Positions 55,284 through 64,000 of a stretch of 64,000 nt of DNA are shown here, in pieces. The position numbers and the translations under genes are program-made. Every line of letters begins with the position of its first letter. The stretch's first letter is position 1. Source of the DNA: Octopus sinensis (Eukaryota); NCBI RefSeq assembly GCF_006345805.1, contig NC_043004.1:52018001-52082000 (forward strand), in the 5' to 3' direction. The notes under the pieces are model-generated. The model searched no databases, was not told the DNA's origin, and saw only the letters and a list, made by a program, of their open reading frames with translations.

Positions 55284-56042
55284 GAATATGAATCAAATCA
55301 AGCTAAATCGACTGACTAACTACATTGTCAGAGTTCGGCTCAATCAGAGCTGACCCGGGACTAACACAATAGCCACAAAAATATAACAACGTACCAAGAA
55401 TATCAACAAGAAGAAATAACAATAGAAAGAAGCACAATAGAAGCAAGAAAAATAATTAAAGAACAGGTTTATTGACACGTATAATCGCACAATTGTTATC
55501 TAACATGATTCAATGGGAAGATAGATTGATAAAACATACAACAATAAAAGCCAGAACAAAGCAAAAACAACAACCCATCAAAATCATATATAAGTGTATA
55601 ACAAAAACATATATATTCACAAAAATAATATATATGACAATAAACGAATATTCATACAAAAGGATAAAAAAAATTCACCAACCGAAAATAACAAATAATC
55701 AAGCAAAGGGAACGAAACGACTGACTAAAAGCTAGACAAAAACGTCCAGGCCTGCCGAGGTGTGACCTGTGACCTGTGACCTTTTGGGTAAGAAAGAAAT
55801 GGCGACCGATCAGGTTTTTTGTTTTATCTATGTATGTGTGTATATATATATATTTATATATATATATTTGTGTTTGTGTGTGTGTGTGTGTGTGTGTGGC
55901 ATGTGTGTGTATGTGCGTGATCGCCCAGCTTTTGTTTTTACAGTTTGAAAGTTGAGAACACTGCCAAATAAATATCTGAGTACGTATAATGCGTACAATG
56001 GTGCGTGTACATTACACGCACACACACATGTATATATATATG

Positions 56043-56117
<75 letters not shown>

Positions 56118-57074
56118 CTATATATATATATATAATGCTAATGGTTGTTTGCTATATATAATATATGTTATATTAAAATAGTTAAGTATTAATTGAAGGG
56201 TTACTCAATGCATTAGCTCACCACATTTATTTCTAAAAGGAGAAAGTTAGTGTCTTAGAAAATTTCCTCGGTCGTTGATATACACGCTCACCCCCCCCCC
56301 ACACACACACAGATACACACACACACTCACACACATATAAATACATCCGCATATACATATAGATTCACATATACACACAAACGGATAGAAATGCAAGAAT
56401 ACACATGTAAATGCTATGAACAGCCACATACGTTAAAAAAAGCGTAAATAGCATTATTTAAGAGAAGATATATAAACGGCGTGATGTACAAGAGAGAGAG
56501 AGAGCTTGCTTTCGCCATGGCTGTTTGAAACTTTCAACAGTAATCTTAGAGGAATTGGCTCCACTGAATAGATTCTTGAAATTTGAATTCGTTATATTAA
56601 ATGCACACGTAGAGATACATCCACCCAAACATGTACAAATGTATGTATGTATGTATGTATGGATGTATGTATGTATGAATGGATGGATGGATGGATGGAT
56701 GGATGGATGGATGGATGGATGGATGGATGGATGTAACAGTTAAGCTTCGTGCAATGGCCATACTCGATAACGAGGGGGCAGTCATAATGTGTGTATGTAT
56801 GTATGTATGTATGTATGTATGTATGTATGTATGCATGTATGTATGCAAGCATGTATGTATGTATGTATGATATGTATGTATATGTATGTAAGTGTGTATG
56901 TCTGTGTGTGTACGTAAATATGTGTGTATGTATTCGAATGATGCAATAGAGACAGCTCTATAGTAAAAACTGTATCAAAAGTATATACTTAATGAATGTG
57001 TATAGTCGAAACAGTAGAAGTTGTATTTTCCGCCTGGGAAAAACCCCTTAAAAATATATTGCATGAAAAATATT

Positions 57075-57730
57075 TCGAAGATAGCCGAAACGAATTAACC
57101 CGAGAAATGACTGCCTTCGTCCGTCTTCAAGTTCTGATTTCAAATGACGCCGAAGTTGACTTCGCCTTTCAACCTTGCGACGTCGATATAATGAGTACCA
57201 TTTGAGTACTGGGGTCGATGTAATCGACTTATCTCCTACGCCGAATTTGCTAGCCTTGAGCCAAATTTTGAAATCAGTATTATTTATCGTCTTACGACAG
57301 AGAGCTGCTAGAATCCTTAATACGGTGGGGGAAAATGTTTAGCGGCATTTCGTGCCTCTTTACGTTCCGAGTTCATATTCTCATCATTTCAGGGTCGATA
57401 ATATATGTACCAGTTGAGAACTGGAGTCGATGTAATCGACTAGATCCCGCTCCCGAAATTGCTGACCTTTACCAAATTTTGGAATCAATATAATTTATCG
57501 CCTTACGGCGGCGATCTGGCAGAATCGTTAGCACGGTGGGCGAAATGCGTAGTGACATTTCGTCCTTCTTTACGTCCTGACTTCAAGTTCCATCAGGGCC
57601 ATCTTTGCCTCTCATCTTTTCAGGGTTGATAATATATGTACCAGTTGAGCACTAAGGTCGATGCAATCGACTCGACCCCTGTCCCAAAATCGCTGTCTTT
57701 TTGCCAAAATGAGAAACCAATGTTATTTAT
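57075..57730 (+). mobile_element. three head-to-tail diverged family B SINEs
   Basis: Units of about 210-235 bp, each with gtacca.ttgag.act....gtcgatg.aatcgact. Confidence 0.8.
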
Positions 57731-59642
57731 CTTCATATTATTCACACTGATTTGAAATGCATTCAAAATGTTATTTTGTTTGTTGCTATCGCTTTTATCG
57801 CCCAGTTTCGGGATATTATTTTGTAAAGATGCTTCTTATTATTACATTTTGTTTTATCTGTTTTATTTGCAAATTCATTGACACAATACAAGAGAGCAAT
57901 TGTCAGGTGAAATCTAAGAACGAGATTACAATAAAGAGACAAAAACGAATAAAAAAACAAAAAGTAATCGAATAAGTATTTAAAGCTCACTAGACAATAG
58001 GAGCCAAATAAAGCCATGAATTTAACCTTCAAAGTGGGAGTAAGATTTCCGGAAGTGCAACGGAAGCCATTAATTAATTAATGATATTAAAGGAGATAAA
58101 TGTGAACCATGTGTTCGAAGATTCTTCGGTCTATAGCTTTGCCATGTTAAATGCAGATATTTGTAGTTCTTCAGCATTTCCTTATACGCCATTTGTGCAC
58201 AAACACTGAAAGATAATACAATGTTTAAGAAAATAATGTAACGACGTGAGAAGGGATATGAGAAGGCGAGAAAACCGAATATAAATATTTCGCTAATCCA
58301 TACCGTAAAGAAAAAAAAGGCATCGATAATTGTCTCTCTCCATCGATAAATGTTTGAGCAAATAGAGATAGAGAGAAAGTGTGGGAGAAAGAGAAAGATA
58401 GAAAAAGAGAGTGAGAGGAAAAGAGAGAGACGGAGAGAGAGGGAGAGAGAGGTAGACAGAAATAGAGACAGAGGGTGAGAGAGAGATAGAAAAGATATAT
58501 GATGAGAAAATTTACAGAGTCTATGGGAGTGTTAGAAATTATACTTTAATTATTTTACCATAGGGTCACTGACTTCCAGAGGCGGAAAACGTGGTATTTA
58601 TTTAACTGAAACTGTTACAAAAAATATAATTTCTTGATTTGAAGATGTACTTGTCATGTGACATTACAACACCTTCAGTTAACCAATAATAATAACTCAA
58701 TTTATTAGTATTGTTAACATTGAATTAAGCAGGTGAGAAACATAAATAGTCTAAATGAAATACTTAAATGCACGGTAATAATTTTCCTTTAATTTCTTAA
58801 TCTATCTAATAAGACCTGTAGAAATTTTCCTGTTGAGGTTGAATAAAAGGTGTATAATAAAGCAATATAACATCTTAATTTGATTTGACCTTATTAATTT
58901 CTACAATGGCACTGTGTACTGAAAAAAGGGTAGGACAGTTTGCATGAAATGAGCAGTTATGTAGCATCTTACAATAACAAGAACGCTCGGTGATATATTA
59001 TTATTGCTTTTTCTTTGTTGAATAGAATGATAAATCTAGCAATATTTTTGCAGTCACTGTAATAAACACAAATAAGTTTGTATTAAAAATATTATAATAT
59101 CTATGTTCTTTGTAGAAAACATGAACGGACTGTTAGTTATTTCCTTCTATGGAAGGTTAACAATGTTTGCTACTTGTTTTATATCTTTTATTCAATTGAT
59201 TGATTTATTTTTTTGTTTTATTTCTTTCTTTCTCATCATCGTTTTTACATAAAGTTATATTTTATATTATTTGATTGTGAATGATCTTTTCCGAAAGCTT
59301 TAAGCCTAAAAAAGAAAAAAACAAACCTGCGATTAGTATGACTGAATCATAACGTTATTAAAGCTATTTTTATCAATTAAGCCACAACAACTGGTGTTGT
59401 TGTTTTTTTTCTATATAAAAACAATAAAATAATATTTTCATATATTTTATTTTCTCTTAACTCTAACTAAACAAATGCTTATTTGTGTTTCCGTTATCAG
59501 AATATTCAGACGAATAGTTACTTGTTCTATTCCGCAAATCTCATGAAAATATCGGAGATATGGAAATGAGCAGAATTCTGCTTTCATAAATGCATTCAGA
59601 TACTTTACATTTAGCATTGGGTACACAAAGTTACATACATAG

Positions 59643-59683
<41 letters not shown>

Positions 59684-60162
59684 GGGGGAGTTTACGAAAA
59701 AACAAAAGACGAAGACAGGTGGTGTACAAAACAAGTAGATGTATTAGTATAACGCTCAGGAATAGAAAAAGTCTTTTATGTTTCGATCCTACGCTCTTCT
59801 ACAGAAAGGGACACAGAAATATATATATATATATATATATATAGTAAGTATGATCGTCGTCTATGATGAATGGTTATTTCACAATCTTTTCAAATGGCGG
59901 CGTCTGACCCGTTGATGTAAGTGCCAACTCTGCCATCATCCAACTGTAGTCTAACAAGAGGTTTTCTAGCCGAAACTTCGAAATCACTAACATTTCTGTG
60001 TAAGAATAATGAAGTTTTACTCTACAAATTAATGTAAACTGTTTTTAGCATGAAAATAAACATTGATACGTACACACACTCACACACACACGTAACACAC
60101 ACACACATGTCACACACACGTACACACACAGATGCAGACACACGCACCTACATATACATATA

Positions 60163-60327
60163 TAGGCACAGGCGTGACTATATGTTAAGAAGTTTGCTTC
60201 ACAACTACTCAGTTTCTCGCTTAGTCCCAATGCGTGGCAGATTGGGCAAGTCTCTTCTTGCAAAGTCTTGGGCCGATGAAAACACTGGGAGTGGATTTTG
60301 TTGACGGAAAAGGAAAGAATGCCGTCG
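60163..60327 (+). mobile_element. SINE family A, 5' half
   Basis: Diverged head through gacggaaaaggaaagaatgccgtcg. Confidence 0.75.
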
Positions 60328-60420
60328 TATATACACATATATATATATATATACCGGAGTAAACACATAAATGTGAAACAAGGTGGAAAAAAGAGTACTC
60401 AAATACCAGTGGTAGAGTAA

Positions 60421-60720
<300 letters not shown>

Positions 60721-60815
60721 GCTGTGTGCGTGTGCTTGTCTGCACATCAGTCTAACTGTGTTAAAATATCTCAATACACTAAAACTCAAATGTAAATCAC
60801 CCTGCTTAAAAAACC

Positions 60816-60930
60816 TTATTATCCCACCTGAGGAGACTTCTATGCACTGTGCATTGCAGCTGATGTTATTGCATCGTTCCACGCCCACAAGGAAGCCGTT
60901 CATCTTGAAGTTGAAACAATTGTGTTGATA
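60816..60930 (+). ncRNA. hammerhead motif, probably inactive
   Basis: cac-CTGAGGA-gacttc...gaagtt-GAAA-C-AATT-GT-gttg; the cleavage nucleotide appears missing (GUG). Confidence 0.6.
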
Positions 60931-61158
60931 TAATTTTATTTTGTTGGTACATTCCGTCTTCACACCTTATCTTTAATATATTCCTAACGTCCATCCTGGA
61001 ATTCCTGGAATTATTACAACGATGTTCGCTCATGCCTGGTAGCTGATACTGCCTGGTAGTCATAATTGGTAAATATGCTCCGCGCACACACGACCTGGGA
61101 CTTACCCTAAAATAAGGTACTGTGTTTAAAACGTATTTTCTTAACCTTAATTTTTAAA

Positions 61159-61223
<65 letters not shown>

Positions 61224-61506
61224 TATCTCTCTCTCTCTCTCTATATCTATATATATATATATATATATTACACATACATATATACACAAAACTAAAGGTT
61301 ACAAACCCCGTTCAGGGATGGCAAAATCATATGATAGTACTGGTAAATTACCTATAGAAAGAATATTGAACATTATATTTAACACTCAACTACAATGTAA
61401 CTATATAAACCGTGACTTATATATATATTTATATTAATAATAATATGAGAAAATAAAGAGGTAATTAATAAATTATCATATATTTATTTATTAAAAAATT
61501 GACAAA

Positions 61507-61592
61507 CATTCATTACAGCTGTTTCAATTCAGACCCTCAGAAAATTAATTAAATTAAAAATTGTTTGAAATCTCGAATCTCTTCAGAGGTAG
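61507..61592 (-). ncRNA. degenerate hammerhead (core intact, stem I lost)
   Basis: CTGAAGA-gattc...gaatt-GAAA-C-AGCT-GT-A. Confidence 0.55.
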
Positions 61593-62139
61593 ATAAAGAT
61601 ACGTTCATCTACCGTCAAGACAACGACTACGACAACGATGACAACAACTACGACAACGATGACAACCCCCACCGCCACTGTCTGTTACCGCCACCACCAC
61701 CACCACCAACATCACAGATTACGGTAACTACTACATTAGCACCGGCGACACTACCTTTTACCACTACCTCTGCTACTCTTCTTACGCCTCATTACCATCT
61801 GTACTTACCACCTCCTCTTCGCCTTCTGTTTATTTGATAATTTAATGAAAGCAGACGTCCAACAAAATGGCGCTTGTGGAGTAGCGTGATTTACTTTAAC
61901 ACACACCTTCTTACTTCCAGCTACTACTACCAACACCAAGCCCCTCAACCCCACCCACTACAACTACTACAATATTTTTCAAATGAGAAGAGAACAGAGA
62001 TTATCATTAACTGTCCAACGCTTTATTCTAAAACCTTATGCATATAAAGAGTGTTGAGTACTGCATAATAGTATGATTCGACTAAGCGAAATCATATACA
62101 CTTATGCGTGTATATACATTTGTATATATATATATATGT

Positions 62140-62196
<57 letters not shown>

Positions 62197-62342
62197 ATAT
62201 ATGTATATGTATATGTATGGATATATATAATATATACACATATATATATATGTATATATGCACGATATATGTATATATATGCACGAATGTATCTATCTAT
62301 CTCTCTCTCTCTCTCTATCTATCTATCTATATATATATATAT

Positions 62343-62665
62343 CGTGGCACTCCATCGGTTACAGTTGATCCGATCAACGGAACATCCTGCTCGTGAAATC
62401 AACGTGCAAATGGCTGAGTACTCAAACAGACACGCATACGTTGTTCTCGGGGGAAATTCAGCGTGACACACAGTGTGACAGGGCTGGCCCTTTGAAATAC
62501 AGGTATAACAGAAAAAGGAAGAAAGAGTGAGAGAAAGTTGTGGTGAAAGAGTACAGCAGGGTTCACCAACATCCCTAACCGGAGCCTCGTGGACCTTTAG
62601 AGAATCGAAGCTGCCCTCCTACGATCGCGAGTCCGCTGCCCTAACCACTGGTCTATTGCGCCTCC
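62343..62665 (-). mobile_element. SINE, family C head with alternative 3' body
   Basis: Head matches 37254; tail matches 51655-51810. Confidence 0.75.
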
Positions 62666-62674
62666 AGGTTTCCA

Positions 62675-62724
<50 letters not shown>

Positions 62725-62966
62725 GTATAGATATATGTATATCTATATATATTAGAAGAAATGAGGTACTCAGAAAATCGGATGGTTTATATTTACAGAT
62801 ATTTATTTGTATATTACATTTTTTATATACCATATAACTTAGATCATGTATTAGCGCTTTCTCCCATTCTAGTGGGGTTTTCAAATCAAACTAAGTTGCT
62901 GTGTGAGGAGTTTTGACCATTTTATAGTGGTATTGAGTTTGTGGTGGTGGGGAGGAATATAAGACA

Positions 62967-63066
<100 letters not shown>

Positions 63067-63407
63067 GTACATAATCCTATATATCAAATAGTAAATATGT
63101 AACGAAAGAAAAGTTTTACGTAATCACTTTGAAGTGCTTACAACTGTTTCTGCTCTAAGTGCTTGCACCTGCTTAGAGTTTCAATACAATACCCTTTACC
63201 TTCATCAGAGCCATAAGCTAATATTTGCTATTTTCCATTTTCCTTTCGCCATACATTTTATTGGTTTATTGCCAAAAATACAAGGACATTGCATTCCCAT
63301 AACTCGAATATATGTGTGTGTGTGCATGTTTCCGTGTATACACACACACACATACATACATACATACATACATACATACATACATACATACATACATACA
63401 TACATAC

Positions 63408-63457
<50 letters not shown>

Positions 63458-64000
63458 CATACGTACATATATATATATATATACTCTATATGATGCTGAT
63501 GATGACGGTCGGCATTGCCGTCATTGTCATAAACATAATCCTCCTCGTCATCATCATCATCATCATCATCATCGTCGTCGTCATTATCATCGTCGTCATC
63601 ACCATCATCGTCGTCGTTGTCGTTGTCTTCGTACAAGTTTTCTTTAATTATGCCCATCGATCCTAATTACCTCAACTAGACTATTAGTCTAATTGCAAAC
63701 ATTTCTGTGCACTCATCGAATTTATCAGACTCCACCGTACATACACGTAAACGCCTACAAGAAAGCACACACACATACAAACACATACACACACAAATAC
63801 AGACACAAACGCACACACTCACGAACGCATACGCACAAACATACAGACATATACAATGGAATAGGTCTACCCATGCGCTCATACACACACATATGCTCAT
63901 ACACACGCGAACACAATTTTGTGCTTAGGCTTTTCAGGAAAATAGAATATATTTTACATGTCTCACTTCATGCTCTAACGCATACGTATGTATATATGTA

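Noticed and set aside
59770-59815. Minus-strand ctgtagaagagcgtaggatcgaaac
   Set aside because: Core spacing and sequence are non-canonical and there is no stem III/UH.

Overview
AT-rich, microsatellite-saturated non-coding eukaryotic DNA. The SINE families and (TA)n density suggest an octopus genome (inference, recognised from memory). No host gene could be supported, and almost all listed ORFs are translations of simple repeats. Recognisable content: many tRNA-derived SINEs (about 4 families), a 5'-truncated CR1/L2-type LINE, a broken L1/Tx1-type LINE, a fossil hAT transposase, a short Helitron-like element and a 1.2 kb tandem duplication. The main signal is a set of minimal type I hammerhead ribozyme (HHR) motifs of the kind carried by Penelope-like elements (PLEs). 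Five sit in a (TA)n-flanked array of ~500 bp units with an internal inversion (25447-28275), which looks like a non-LTR retrozyme or pseudo-LTR concatemer. Others are dispersed in about four unrelated families, most with a different self-complementary stem/loop III. Several long fold-back palindromes with (TA)n flanks share the same divergent architecture. All structures were folded by eye; no activity or database check was possible.
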